A DNA stretch of 64,000 nt, taken from Chiloscyllium plagiosum (Eukaryota). The stretch is from positions 15,080,373 through 15,144,372 of the forward strand of contig NC_057716.1 of assembly GCF_004010195.1 (NCBI RefSeq). The letters run 5' to 3'. Shown here piece by piece: positions 1 through 13,250 of the stretch (positions are counted from its first letter, which is position 1; the number at the start of each line of letters is the position of its first letter). Both the position numbers and the translations under genes were made by a program. Below the pieces are notes generated by a model. It did no database searches. It saw nothing but the letters and a program-made list of their open reading frames with translations, and had not been told where the DNA came from.

Positions 1-3000
1 AGGTTAAATGCCTCAAGCATTGTGAAAACCTTGTTATCTCCAGCTCCATTTCACTATTAAAGTATTTCAAAAATGTTATCCATGATTATTTGTTGTGTTG
101 TGGCTGGCATTTCCTTGTGTTAACAGCCTCTCAGTCACTGACAGTGTGAATCCCCCCCGTTCCTCAGTCGCATGTTCACCATCCCTCACTTCATGGCAGT
201 ATGGCATCAATCCTACACCACTCCCAACAATGCAACCCATTTAACATCGACGGGAGAGCAGCCAGAGATTCCAGAAGGTGAGCTGGGATTTTGGTGGGTG
301 CAGCGGAGAGTGCAGGTTGTGTAGAGCACTCTGTAAAGTGCAGGTACAGAAACTGAGGGATCGTGGAGTTGATTACAATCTGTGATCTGATGGAGAGAGT
401 GGTGGTGATTACAGTGTTTTGGAGTTGGTGGGGTGGGGGCAGGGGATGTGGTGAATGTTTTGTGTGGAGTGATGGGATGGCGGGGGATGAGAGCTGTCCG
501 GGATGGGGTGAGGTAGTGCTGAACATTTTCCACAAGAGTGGTGTACATTACTTTAGATGCTAGTGTGATGCTCCAGCTAATTTTCTTAGTTCTGTGCTCC
601 TGAGCTGTATTCAAAGCTTGGATAAATCTGTGAAAAGAAGTTGGGTGCTAATACAGCAAACAGCCTGTGTCTGCATATTCCTGGCCATCTGATCCAACTA
701 TCATTTGGTAAAACTAGCAATAAAACATTACAAGCTCCTGTATAAATATTGTGGATGTACAATAATTAAGTGTGACCTCAGAGTCCTGAGGCACATTAGC
801 CACAAAATTGTGTCAGAGGCCTTTCTCCATAAGATAACATCATTATCTCAAAGGTTCAGTTGGCCAGGAGATACAACATGAATTGTGAATCTCGAGAACC
901 TTTTCAATTTATTCCTCTTTCTTAGCAGCAGTGTTCCCATTCTAATTTTAAGAACTTGTTGGATTTACATGCTACTTGCCATTGAATCTCTGCAGAGTGT
1001 TGGGTTCATTATTCATAATTTTTCTTTTACAATATCATAATTGTGAATGCCAGTTCAATCAATCAGCATTTCTTGGAAAAGAAAACAAATTGAAATGATG
1101 TATCTCTTTCCTGCAGGAGACTTTTGTTTTGGAATTCACAAAATGACAACTTTTAAACATTAATTTCAATCATGATAGTATTCCTCAAGAACTAATCATT
1201 CTTTCTTTCTCTTTAAGTTGAATTCACTTGACCTTGTTTCTCTGCTTCCTTATTTTACGACATGGGGTAAACCCTCCTGCTTAATTTAAAACCAGCAACA
1301 CAGAAAATATTTATCCCATGCAGTAATCTGTAGAACTTAAAATGGCCAAGAACTATTTAAAGTAAAATTAACAAATTTATTTCTTAAAGTATAACAGAGA
1401 ATAATTAACTCACAACTATTTACAAGTCCTTCCTCTAACCTATCTTATACCTTCCCTTCTATAATACTACTCTGATAAAACTCCCAATTAAGATTTACAA
1501 AAGAACACTTCTTATCTCAAAACCAGCCTGCTTTCAGTTTTCACTGAATTCCTGTCTTTTCTTCTTCTTGGGGATCCTGCTTCACAGGTTGCTGATCGAT
1601 AAAGGTACCTTTTAAGAGAGCTATTTTCAGGGCAGTATGCAGATGCATTTGGCTCGGCAGTTCTCCTCTCAACTATTCAACTTTCCCTGGTCTTATACTC
1701 CCAAAGCATCAGATTGTGTCATTAGCTTTTAAGATTATCAATATACTAAATTCAAATTTGATTGGAATTTGGTATTTTTTAGGGTATATTTTAAACTGAT
1801 TGGCCTAATTCAAATCTGTTTTGTCATTTCCTGCTACCCCAATAGCTGCAGCACATGTTACATTGTGTCTTATTGTGAACACTTGGTGCTGTCACTGCTA
1901 GCTTTTGCTCTCTCAAAGGTAATGTACATCCACATCTGCATAACACATAGAATCCATTTGTTGATCCCAGCACAAGTTCTGTTCCAATGAAAACGCATTG
2001 TCTGCTCCCTTGCTGCCATGAGTGCACATGTTCAGTAACTTTATGCAGTGAATGATCTTCAAGTTGAAAGTGCAGTATACACTCAAAGTAATGGCACAGA
2101 CCAAAGGCTGCCTCACTCTTGCAAGACCTGGCGTTATATGGTGTAGGAGTCCCAGGAGATCCGTGTCAGGTACATGTCATTCTATAAACTGTTCCCATGA
2201 CTCATCGACTGGTCTGCTGAAAATAATGCTCCACTATACCTGGAATTACTATAAAAGTTAAATATTTTAAAATAAGTGTCCAAAATTCCACAATTCACCT
2301 CATTTTCAGACTTAGTTACATTGAAAGAATGGAACAACTTTTCATATTTAACAAGAATGACTTTTATTACAAGTAATTAGACTCTAGTTATTGGTAAACA
2401 GTTATAAACTGTTAACATAAAACTCTGTATATTAAAACTCTAGTTCTCTTATAAACTTCCCCTTACACACATACACATACGGGCAGGGAGGAATAGGTAT
2501 AGGTGAAGGAATACTAGAAGGCAGTTCATTGTTTCCAATTCATGGGTTGCTGAAATTATCCTTATGATTACCATGATGGTCAGAATGTTGCTTCTCAGCT
2601 AGTTTTCTCTGGATACTTCCACTGGTTTGCAAGAGACACAAGGTAGCCAGTTTGCTTACAAAAGATCTTTGCCTTAGTTAAAATATCAACTTACCATAAT
2701 TGCTGAAGAAAAGGTGAACTGGATATGTTCAGGTGTAAAATGGGATTTGACTGCAGAAAACAGGGGAGACTGTTATCTTATACCCCACTCCAAGCTGTTG
2801 AATTACCTGAAAACCAATTACATAGTTGATGGCAGATAAGAGGCTTCTGCGATGATAACTGATTACTAGTTCATAGACTATTAAAGTTCTTGATGCCACT
2901 CAGTTGCACCTGCACAGAGAAACCCTTGGTTCCAATTCATCTGCAAGCACTTCTGCTATGCTGATTCAAATTGTTGTTTGCAAATGGTTGATTTTCAAAT

Positions 3001-3619
3001 CATACAGTGACCATTTAAAACACTGACATTAAAACATTTCTTTTTCAGTTCAGCCACAATTTTTTAAACAAACTGGCTTTTACACTGTTGTACAATACAA
3101 CAATTTTGTGTCTACATAAGCTCCACTCAATCTGATCATGTCAAGCTTCGTTGGTGATAAGGCGGAACATTTTAGGATTGAAGTGGAGAACTATGTCCAC
3201 AATTCTCCTCATAATCTTGGTGACAATGTTTGTTTGACTAATATAACTTGTACCTGATTGCTATCAAACAACATTTTGTTTCAGGTTTGTAGCTTGGGTG
3301 CCAGCTTCATAGTTATGTGTATGTTCACCAAGCTGGAAAGTTGATTTATAGACATTTAGTACCTTGTCTAGATCCTTTGGGTCCTCCTGTATTTTGTACT
3401 GTATCATGTCACCATAGTCTTACCAGTCCAAAATTCTGCTCTCTCAATGGAAAGAAGCAAATGATTTAACCTGAGGGCCACCAGACCTCAGGTAAGGGAA
3501 GAGGTTGAGAAGGAGAGTCCTTTATGGTAACCTCAAATCAGTGATGAGAATTGAACCCATGCTGTTGGTATCATACTGCTCTGTAAACCAGCAATCCAGC
3601 CAACTGAGCTAAACCTATT

Positions 3620-4075
3620 TCCAGAGCCTCCTGTGAAGCGCTGCTATACTGTGTCTTCTGGAAATTATTTGGTTCCATTTCTGCTGCTTCTGGTTGCCAG
3701 TTCCATTTGTTCATTGCAGTGGCTGATATATTGGGTCTCGGTCAATATGTTTGTTGATGGAATCCGTGGCTAAGTGCCATGCTTCTAGGAATACTCTGGC
3801 TGTGCTCTGTTTAGCTTGTGCTAGGATCGTTGTGTTGTCCCAGTCGAATTTGTGGTCCCTGTCATCTATGTATATGGCTACTCGGGACAGCTGGTCGTGG
3901 CGATTAATGGCTAGTTGGTGTTTGTAGATGAGGATTGCTAACCATCTGCCTGTTTGTCTGATGTAGCATCTTGTGCAGTCTCTGCATGGAATCTTGTAAA
4001 TTATGTTTGTCCTGCACGTGAAGGGTATTGCGTCTTTTGTTCTGGTGAGTTGTTGTCTGATCATGACTGACTGTT
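3620..4075 (-). mobile_element. Penelope-like retroelement fragment (GIY-YIG endonuclease C-terminus)
   Basis: ORF 3711..4295 contains NIIYKIPCRDCTRCYIRQTGR...HKFDWDNTTILAQ...FLEAWH, typical of Penelope endonucleases. Confidence 0.8.
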
Positions 4076-4375
4076 TATGAGCTGTCAAGAGCCTATTTTT
4101 GTTATAACTCAGTTGGCAGTAAATCACCTCAATCACCAGCTTCAAGTATTCGGGATCCTTAAGCCAGGGAACTAGACCAGTGAGCCTGATGTCGGTGGTG
4201 GGCAAGTTGTTGGATCTGATCATGACTGACTGTTTATGAGCTGTCAAGAGCCTATTTTTGTTATAACTCAGTTGGCAGTAAATCACCTCAATCACCAGCT
4301 TCCAGTATTCAGGATCCTAAAGCCAGGGAACTATAGACCAGGGAGCCTGATGTCGGTGGTGGGCAAGTTGTTGGA
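4056..4375 (+). repeat. Tandem duplication (~160 bp x2) spanning the Penelope/CR1 junction
   Basis: 4056-4214 matches 4215-4375. Confidence 0.9.
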
Positions 4376-5744
4376 GGGAGTCCTGAGGGACAGGATGTAC
4401 ATGTATTTGGAAAGGCAAGGACTGATTAGGGACCGTCAACATGGCTTTGAGCATGGGAAATCATGTCTCACAAACTTGATTGAGCTTTTTTGAAGAAGTA
4501 ACAAAGAGGATTGATGAGGTCAGAGCAGTAGATGTGATCTATATGGACTTCAGTAAGGCATTTGACGAGGTTCACCATGGGAGACTGGTTAGCAAGGTTA
4601 GATCTCATGGAATACAGGGAGAACTAGCCATTTGGATACAGAACTGGCTCAAAGGTAGAAGACAGAGGGTGGTGGTGGAGGGTTGTTTTTCAGACTGGAG
4701 GCCTGTGACCAGTGGAGTGCCACAAGGATCGGTGCTGGGTCCTTTACTTTTCGCCATTTATATAAATTATTTGGATGTGAGCACAAGAGGTACAGTTAGT
4801 AAGTTTGCAGATGACACCAAAATTGATGACACCAAAATTGGAGGTGTAGCGGACAGCGAAGAAGGTTACCTCAGATTACAACAGGATCTTTATCAGATGG
4901 GCCAGTGGGTTGAGAAGTGGCAGATGGAGTTTAATTCAGATAAATGTGAGGTGCTGCATTTTGGGAAAGCAAATCTTAGCAGGACTTATGCACTTAATTG
5001 TAAGGTCCTAGGGAGTGTTACTGAACAAAGAGACCTTAGAGTGCAGGTTCATAGCTCCTTGAAAGTGGATTCGTAGGTAGATAGGATCGTGAAGGTGGCA
5101 TTTGGTATGCTTTTTTTTATTGGTCAGAGTATTGTGTACAGGAGTTGGGAGGTCATGTTGCGGCTCTACAGGACATTGGTTAGGCCACTGTTGGAATATT
5201 GCATGCAATTCTGGTCTCCTTCCTATTGGAAAGATGTTGTGAATCTTGAAAGGGTTCAGAAAAGATTTACAAGAATGTTGCCAGGTTTGGAGGATTTGAG
5301 CTATAGGGGGAGGTTGAACAGGCTGGGGCTGTTTCCTCTGGAGTGACTGAGGCTGAGAGGTGACGTTATAGAGGTTTACAAAATTATGACAGGTATGGTT
5401 AGGATAAATAGACAAAGTCTTTTCCCCGGTGTAGGGGAGTCCAGAACTAGAGGGCATAGGTTTAGGGTGAGAGGGGAAAGATGTAAAAGAGACCTAAGGG
5501 GCAACTTTTTCATGCAGAGGGTGGTGCGTGTATGGAATGAGCTGCCAGAGGAAGTGGTGAAGGCTGGTACAATTGCAACCTGTAAAAGGCATTTGAATGG
5601 GTATATGAATAGGAAGGGTTTATAGGGATATGGGCTGTATACTGGCAGGTGGGACTAGATTGGATTGGAATATCTGGTCGGCATGGACGGGTTGGACCAA
5701 ATGGTCTGTTTCCATGTTGTACATCTCTTTGACTCTATGACTCT
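4321..5744 (+). mobile_element. 5'-truncated CR1 LINE (RT domain to 3' tail)
   Basis: PGNYRPxSL, YMDFSKAFD, SGVPQGSVLGP, KFADDTK, RTRGHRFRV, VRVWNELPEEVV; ends in GACTCTAT repeats; frameshifts and stops. Confidence 0.95.
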
Positions 5745-7254
5745 AAAACCCTAAGTAAATCACTTCAATCACCAGCTTCCAGTATTCGGGATCCTAAAAC
5801 CCTAAGTACAACATGTTACACATTAATTATTTGAGGGTTTGTGCTGCTTCACAGCAGCCCTCAATGAGAGAGGTGAACAGTTAGTTTCCGTATTTCTGGA
5901 CAATGGACCAATCAAGTAACCCTCCTCTGTGTAACTACGTGCTGAGCAGCAACATAAAATAATATTCACTAGCTGCTACATTCAGATGTAGATAATTTTC
6001 TAATCTCTGTCTTCATTAAAATCATTGGCACGAGTGTAGTTTCTGGTTTAATGCCAGTCTCTACACACGTCACCTCATGCTAATGCACTCAGTGGTAAAC
6101 CACTGATGCACACTGCGATTCATCATTCGGAATATTTCAGGGGCAGTGGAATGTAAATCTCAGCTTACTTGAGCATTTCAATACTGCTGGTTAAGTAGTG
6201 TTTGATCATTAATTTATGCTGTGTTAATGGCAAAATGACAGTCAGAAAGAACACTTGCTGGCTCTCAGTAGATTTCTGAAAAGAAACCATTGAGAGAAAT
6301 CATAGCAAATATCAGAGCTTCGTTGTAGCTGTAACTTACTCCTGACAACAGAAACCATTTAACTCTGCATGTGTAGGCGCTACATCCAGAGATTTATTTT
6401 AGTTTGGGGGATTATTGACACTTGTGGAAAAGTCAATGGTTAGAGGTTCCTGCCTTCCCGGCTCCATGACGCTCTGAGGAGGCCCAAGGTTTAATGTGGG
6501 AGGAGAACAGGGAGAAAGGGGGGAAGGTGACAAATCAAGAGAAGGCAGGCATTCAGCAGTTCGACAAGAAGAGAAAGTTCTGATGATGAACAGCTGCCAA
6601 AACAGGACTTATTTTTGATTAACAATTTCAAACAAACAACCAGAACCACACCAGACTATAATCAATCCTTGAAATGAGTAATATTGTAGCTGTAGGAGAA
6701 TTGAACAAACCTTTCTCTATTTCAGTATATTTAAATCAATCTCATACATGAAGATTGCTTGTCAGCAAGTTCCTGCTGTGTGCTAAACTTGAAATTTAAT
6801 ATTTACATCCCACCTCTTCTCACTATGCCTGATGTGTTGGAATGTGTGTAGGAATATAGCTAGAAGCCCTTTGGTCCTCAAGACAGCTGAGATCTGAACA
6901 AACAAGGCTGATGCAAACATTTATTGCCTGTAAATGGTTGGAATGTATGTTCCCACTTAAAATGGCCATTGAGTACCATCTGACATATGCCATGTAGTAA
7001 TGTTGGTCTCCAGTGACAGGAATCTTGGATGTAGCAATGTGGCGTTCTGCATGCGTTGGCGACGTTGCAACTGATGTGCTGTCAATTTCTGGCTTTCAAT
7101 GAGAGAAAAGTGGAGTTGTGATAAGCTTATGCAATTCAGCAGATGGATCACAGGAAGACAGAGACAACAGGCTGATGCTAACAGGACTTATTTTGATATA
7201 CTGAACTGCTGCGAGGTGTTGGCAACATTGAATTGTTGTCTAGCTTCACAGTCT

Positions 7255-7646
7255 TAGAGTCATAGAGTCATAGAGAAGTACAGCTTGGAAACAGACCCTT
7301 CAGTCCAACCCGTCCATGCCGACCAGATATTCCAACCCAATCTAGTCCCACTTGCCAGCACCCCGCCCATATCCGTCCAAACCCTTCCTATTCATATACC
7401 CATTCAAATGCCTTTTACATGTTGCAATTGTACCACCCTTCACCACTTCCTCTGGCAGCTCATTCCATACACGTATCACCCTCTGCGTGAAAAAGTTGAC
7501 CCTTAGGTCTCTTTTATATCTTTCCCCTCTCACCCTAAACCTATGCCCTCTAGTTCTGGACTCCCCGACCCCAGGGAAAAGACTTTGTCTCTTTATCCTA
7601 TCCATGCCCCTCACAATTTTGTAAACCTCTATAAGGTCACCCCTTG
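7255..7646 (-). mobile_element. CR1 LINE 3' fragment
   Basis: ORF 7342..7650 RGDLIEVYKI...VWNELPEEVV; tail ATAGAGTC repeats. Confidence 0.92.
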
Positions 7647-9099
7647 ACAAGCCAACTCACTGAATTTACTCAGTGTCTTCACCTCTAAAGTATTGGGTCG
7701 AATGTCAGCACGTAATTTCGTTAGAGTGGAATATGAAGTGGAAGAATGGCTGTGAATGAAGTAACCTTGAGGCAGGGAAACATAAACGGCAGAAAGTTAA
7801 AGTAAAATCCCATTTGACCTGGTGTGTGGCGTTGAAAGAGCAGTTATGACAGATTGGTCAGGCAGATTATTTGTATCATATGCCGTGAAATATATCCCAT
7901 TATTACCAATGTCTTACCGTCTTTATAGCTTGTAGTTTGCACCTCTCACAGTCCTTTAATTTTCTTTCACCTGCTTGTTCCACATTTGTCTTTGTTCTTG
8001 TCCTGTTCTTTGCCAGTGTGACATTGTGATACTCTGCAACAGTAGGAAGCTCCACCACTCACTCATTCTTGAGGAACTGCACTGTGTTTCTGTGGGGAAT
8101 GTGGGAGGTTGTTTCTGCTGCCCTGTAATGGTAAGGGCAGTACCATCTTTATGACAGGCAGCTACAGCTCAGAGGCTTTACAGTGATGCAAAGCTACAAT
8201 ACTCTGCTTCTGCAAATACTTATTCAGTTCTCCACTAAATGATGGCATTGCCCATAAATGCAACCTTTACTATTTACACACATTCCCCTCATAAGGTCTC
8301 TTTAATAGGATAGTCTGCAGGCTGGCTTCACTTGTCTCTCCGAATCAAAGTTCCTTTTTGCCATTTTGAGGAGGGTCTAATCTCAATTCATCCCTCGAGA
8401 TGTTTGGATGCTTTGTCCCCATCCTTAATGGTTGTGTTATTATAGTTTCCTCTGTATTCAGTGGAATCAAGGCACTCATGTTTCTCGGAATGGTGTTCTT
8501 CCTGTTTGGACAGGGCCTCATTTCACTTATTATAGCCTCACGATCATGGTGCCCTCTTGCTTCTCTTTTGAATGGGTGTCAGTTGAAAGTGCAGGCTTGA
8601 CTTGCTTTCTGTCACGCCTGTTCATTGTCCTACGCAATGCACATGATGTTAGTATCTGAGGAGGGAATTTGTTTCACAGCCTGCTGTCCATCAAAAGTTG
8701 GCATGGGGAGAAGCTGCACTGTAACAGTGGAGAACACTAGCTGACTAGGGTCTACTTGGGTGGCACTACTGCCTCATCAGGTACCCATGTTCGATTTCAG
8801 CCTTAAATGACTTACTGCTGTGGAGTGTGCACATTCTCTGCATGTCTGTGTGAGGTTCTGCTGGTTCGCTTCCCACAGTAGAAAGCTAACTTACCTTAGG
8901 TATAGTTAAGTGGGATATATCAAGTGAAAGGCAAGTGTATATGGTGATGATACTGTGTTGAGTAACTTGACCAAACAAATTGCATCTGGAACGCAATGCC
9001 TTACACTTTAAAATAAGAAAAATCAGGGTCTAGCCTACCTTCTTAATATGTTTGAGGGGGTTTGGTCTGGCCTGTAACAATATAAAACTGATTACTGAC

Positions 9100-10750
9100 T
9101 GCTTTTTCTTAGAGATATGTATGCCCTTGCTCATGAACATTTTCTAAACAACTGATTTGGCTACCAATCAGGACCAAATGGTAAGAATGCTCATGCCTTA
9201 CCCCCACCGACTTTTGACCTTTTGGTAACATCACCTAAAAGTCAAGAATGTATGATCTGATCTGGGATATTGTAGTCAGTAGTGTGATACCTCACATCAG
9301 AAGTAACAACATAAGGGAATGCATGGTGAAAATGCACTGAAGAAATGGTCTCCACCCATGAGTGACACGGTGGCACAGCAGTTAGCACTGCTACCTCACA
9401 GCACCAGGGTCCCAGGTTCAATTCCAGCCTCAGATGACTGTCTGTGTGGAGTTTGCACATTCTCCCTGTGTCTGCTTGGGTTTCCTCCCAGAGTCACAAA
9501 GATGTGCAAGCCAGATGAATTGGTCATGCTAAATTGCCCATGGTGTTAGTCAGGGGGGAATGGGTTTGGGTGGGCTACTCTTCAGAGGGTCGGTGTGGAC
9601 TTGCTGGGCCGAAGAGCCTGTTTCCATGCTGTAGAAAATCTAATCTGAAAAAAAAAATTAGTACCTACTTGACAAAATGGCTATTGTGGCTTGAAGAGTA
9701 AGAAAACATAATTAAATGATCAAGATGCTGACACATAACCCATACAGAATCTAACTTTTCAACAATCAAAGTGATGCTGATCAGAGGGTGTAAAAATTAA
9801 AGTATAAAGAAATTTGGGTTGGGACAATCAAAGGCTAAATGAGGAAAATGCTTAATAAGAAGGATGCACAAGATGTGTACATATAAAAGGAGAACTGTAG
9901 GATCTTTTAAGTTCACGTGGTTTGTTATTAAAGTATTTGTGTTTGAGTGCTAATTAAGAATTGGTAATGATTTCTGTAAGAGAATACTATCAAGCGATAT
10001 AATCTGCAGGTGGGCAATTCAAGTCGATAATGACCACGCACATCTTCAGGCAAGATTCAGAGGAGAAAATAGAACCTTTAAAACAAATTCAAATGTTGGG
10101 TACAGGTTAACCCACATATTATTACCGTACCGAACAAGCTAACATTTATACAAGCCTTACGTTCACCATTAAGGCTTTATAGTAGCATACGGTTGAAGGA
10201 GATATGTTACATTGGGAGACTATACATGCAACATGAATTGATACTTGAGGAATGAGTGAAGCTATGAGATTACCATTTGGGCAGCAGTGATGAAGGTTAA
10301 AGCTCAGCAGAAAGGAACAAAATTCACCCAATTAAGTTGCTGCTGAGCAGTTGAGCCAGCTAGGTAGATAGCCTCAACAGGTCCCAGACAATTGGTGACA
10401 GCAGCAGCAACTGGGTTGGAAAAAGGAAAGATGGTAGATTCTCAGAGGCTCATGGAAGAAGAGAAGAAATGGCGAGATAGTCAGGGGATGTTGTTTCGGG
10501 TAGCGAGAAAATAGGAACAGCAAGTGGAAGTGTTAAATGCCTTGTGCAAGCATCTGCATAACCTGAAACAGGAGATTACTTGACAGGGAGAGAGAGGCAG
10601 GAACAGAATAAGCTGTGGTATCCAGTATGGAAGGGTCGCACAAGATATGCCAGTGTTTGCACCCAGGTGGATGGGACTATACGAGGTAATTATGACCATT
10701 GATCTGTCCGACTGTGGATATTAGAGGAGAACCACATTGGAAACTCCACT
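9100..10750 (+). mobile_element. Degraded LTR-retroelement/ERV integrase remnant, interrupted by a SINE
   Basis: Fragments HLQARFRGENRTFK (~10041) and APRWMGLYEVIMT (~10659) resemble integrase motifs HPQSSGxVERxNRTLK and PRWxGPYxV. Confidence 0.4.
9363..9647 (+). mobile_element. HE1/V-SINE-type tRNA-derived SINE
   Basis: tRNA-like head (CACGGTGGCACAGCAGTTAGCAC...GGTTCAATTCC), V-domain core, CR1-like tail. Confidence 0.85.
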
Positions 10751-12477
10751 CGCTGCTAATTTTTAATGTTGTCTTGCAGATCTAATCTTGACTGACCATT
10801 AGAGAGTAACTAGGAAGCATCAGTTGTACCTCTTCAATAAAATGAAAGACCTAATCAGTTGCAGCCCATGCCATCTCATCTCATTGTTTGAGCCAACTCA
10901 GTCCCCATCTTTACCATAGGACCCATTTAATCCATTGGACAGGATAGTGACTACTGGCAGAGTGTTACAAAGAGCCAGCACCTTGACAGGTTGATAGATT
11001 CATACTATCGGAGTGGGCGGTCAAACCACCATATCAGTTTAATGTCTGCCCTCTGATCTCTTCAGCAGGCACTAAATTTAGGCAATTGGGAACAGAGCCA
11101 AAGGTTACAGGAAGAATAATTTATTTGTATATAAAACGGTTTGGATTTCAAATCTGCTGTGACAGTGTTGGATTCAGATTTGATCAAGACTTTCAAAGAG
11201 AATTAGACAATTATCTGAAGAGAAACGATTTGCAGCGCTACTGAAAAACTTGGTGTTGTGGGACTAACGAAATCTTTTGTTGAAGATGGTCCTTCCCTGG
11301 TACTTGTGTGGATATTGCATTATATGAATGGCATTTGCAACCTTGAAGCCCAAGCCTGGATATTGTGTACGTCTTGCTGCATTTGGACACACACTGGTTT
11401 AATGATACAAATAATGATACAAGTTAAATCTGACATAGTGCTGTCACACCCCACATCACTGAAACCCTGTCAGGTTTTCCCACTTTGGAAAGGTGTCCAG
11501 TGGTTCATGTAATCTAATTTATGTTAAGTATAGCTTCCCACTAAATTAAATGGAACAGCAAAACTCGTCTGTTTCCCTCCTTCCTCCAGCTCTTTACCCA
11601 ACTCAGACAGTAAGAGCTCCAATTCACTCCATGTAATCCATATCTCATCCTACTAATCTTCTGTCTCTGCTGATCTTTTCATCCCCAACCAAGTAGGCGA
11701 CCATTTTTGCTTAACATCCTTTTATGTGGCACCTTATCAAACACATTTTGAACATTTGAATGTGTGGCTGCTACTGTTTTTTCCTCCAGCATCCCTCCAA
11801 TGTATATCTTCCTAAAAATCTAATAAATTAATCAAACAATATTTCTCTCTCATCAAACCATGCAATGATTTATAATCATTCTATGAACACTTTGCTTAGA
11901 ATGGATTACAGCATTTTCCCAATGATGTTAAGCTAAGTGACCTGTAGATCCCTGTTTTTTCTCTCTCTTCTTACTTTGGTCAGATTTGTGACCAAATGAT
12001 CAAGCGTGAATATTCAAACATTTTGAGAAAAATTGAAAACGTTGTAAGTACATTCCCCAACTCATTCTGATTCAATATTTAATGCTCTGCTATTTCTGTT
12101 TTGTTTTTGTCTTTTATTCTGAAAATATTTGTTGAATTCCTCTGCCTTTACTTTCATCTTGTGACAATTTCTCCAGGCTTTGCTTTTGAAGGGCTAACAT
12201 TTACCATAGATATTCTCTTCAATTTCATAGATAATTCTGACAATCTGCTCTATGTTCTTAACAGGTATACGCTTGTATAATACATTCTATGTTTGATATC
12301 TTTATCAATTTTGGCCACTTTCTGCTGCTTTCTAAAATTCTCCTAATCCCCTGTCTTAGTACTATCCCTCAAACATTAAATGCAACTTATGTAATGCTAT
12401 TATTAGGCTTTTAGTTTGCATAAGACCAACCCATTTTCTCACAACGTTTTTGTAACTCAATGAAACAGATATTTGGA

Positions 12478-12935
12478 GGGGGTTCAGAAAGGATTTACAA
12501 GAATGTTGCCAGAAATGGTAATGTTTGAGTTATGAAGAAAGGCTGAATAGACTAGGACATTTTTCCACTGGAGTGTAGGAAGTTGAGGGGTGAACTTATA
12601 GATGTTTATAAAATCATGCGGGACATAGATAATGTGAAAGCAAAGGTGTTTTCCCCAGAGTGGGGGAGTTCAAAACTAGGGTGCACACTTTTAAGGTGAG
12701 AGGAGAAAGATTTAAAAAGGACATGAGGAGTAACTGTTTTACACAGAGAGAGGTTTGCATGTGGAACGAACCTACAGAGGAAGTAGGTGGATGCAGGTAC
12801 AGTTACAATATTTAAAAGACATTTGGATGGGAAACATTTTGAGGGGTATGGCCAAACACAGGCAAATGGAACTAGTTTGGTTTGGGGAAATGGACTGGTT
12901 GGACCAAGTATCTTTTTCAATGCTGTATGACTCTA
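12478..12935 (+). mobile_element. CR1 LINE 3' fragment
   Basis: RVQKGFTRMLP..., homologous to 5250-5744. Confidence 0.88.
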
Positions 12936-13157
12936 ATTTTGAAATAGTTTGAAATACTTGTTATGGACTGTCATGCTTTTTATCAAATTTTCCCATCTAG
13001 CATGAACAACATGCTCCTCACACGTATGTAATTAGTTTAAGTTTAATACTTTAGTTTTATACAGACTTATGTATGTCACTTCCACTTGTAATAAAAAGAA
13101 TGTATCCATGATCATTCATCTCTAGACAATCTTTTAGTAAGTGATCATTCATTAACT

Positions 13158-13250
13158 GATTAAGGGCTCCTGCCCAAAACATTGATTTTCCTGCACCTCG
13201 AATGCTGCCTGACCTGCTGTGCTTTTCCAGCACCACTCTAATCTTGACTC
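13158..13250 (-). mobile_element. Short Penelope-derived repeat fragment
   Basis: GCTGCCTGACCTGCTGTGCTTTTCCAGCACCACTCTAA, recurring at ~20500, ~36730 and ~55640. Confidence 0.6.

Noticed and set aside
191-614. Pro/His/Thr-rich minus-strand ORFs (114 and 133 aa)
   Set aside because: Produced by a G/T-skewed low-complexity tract; overlapping frames are open, with no recognisable domain.
4236-5625. CR1 ORF2 pieces as a functional reverse transcriptase
   Set aside because: 5'-truncated, frameshifted and containing in-frame stops.
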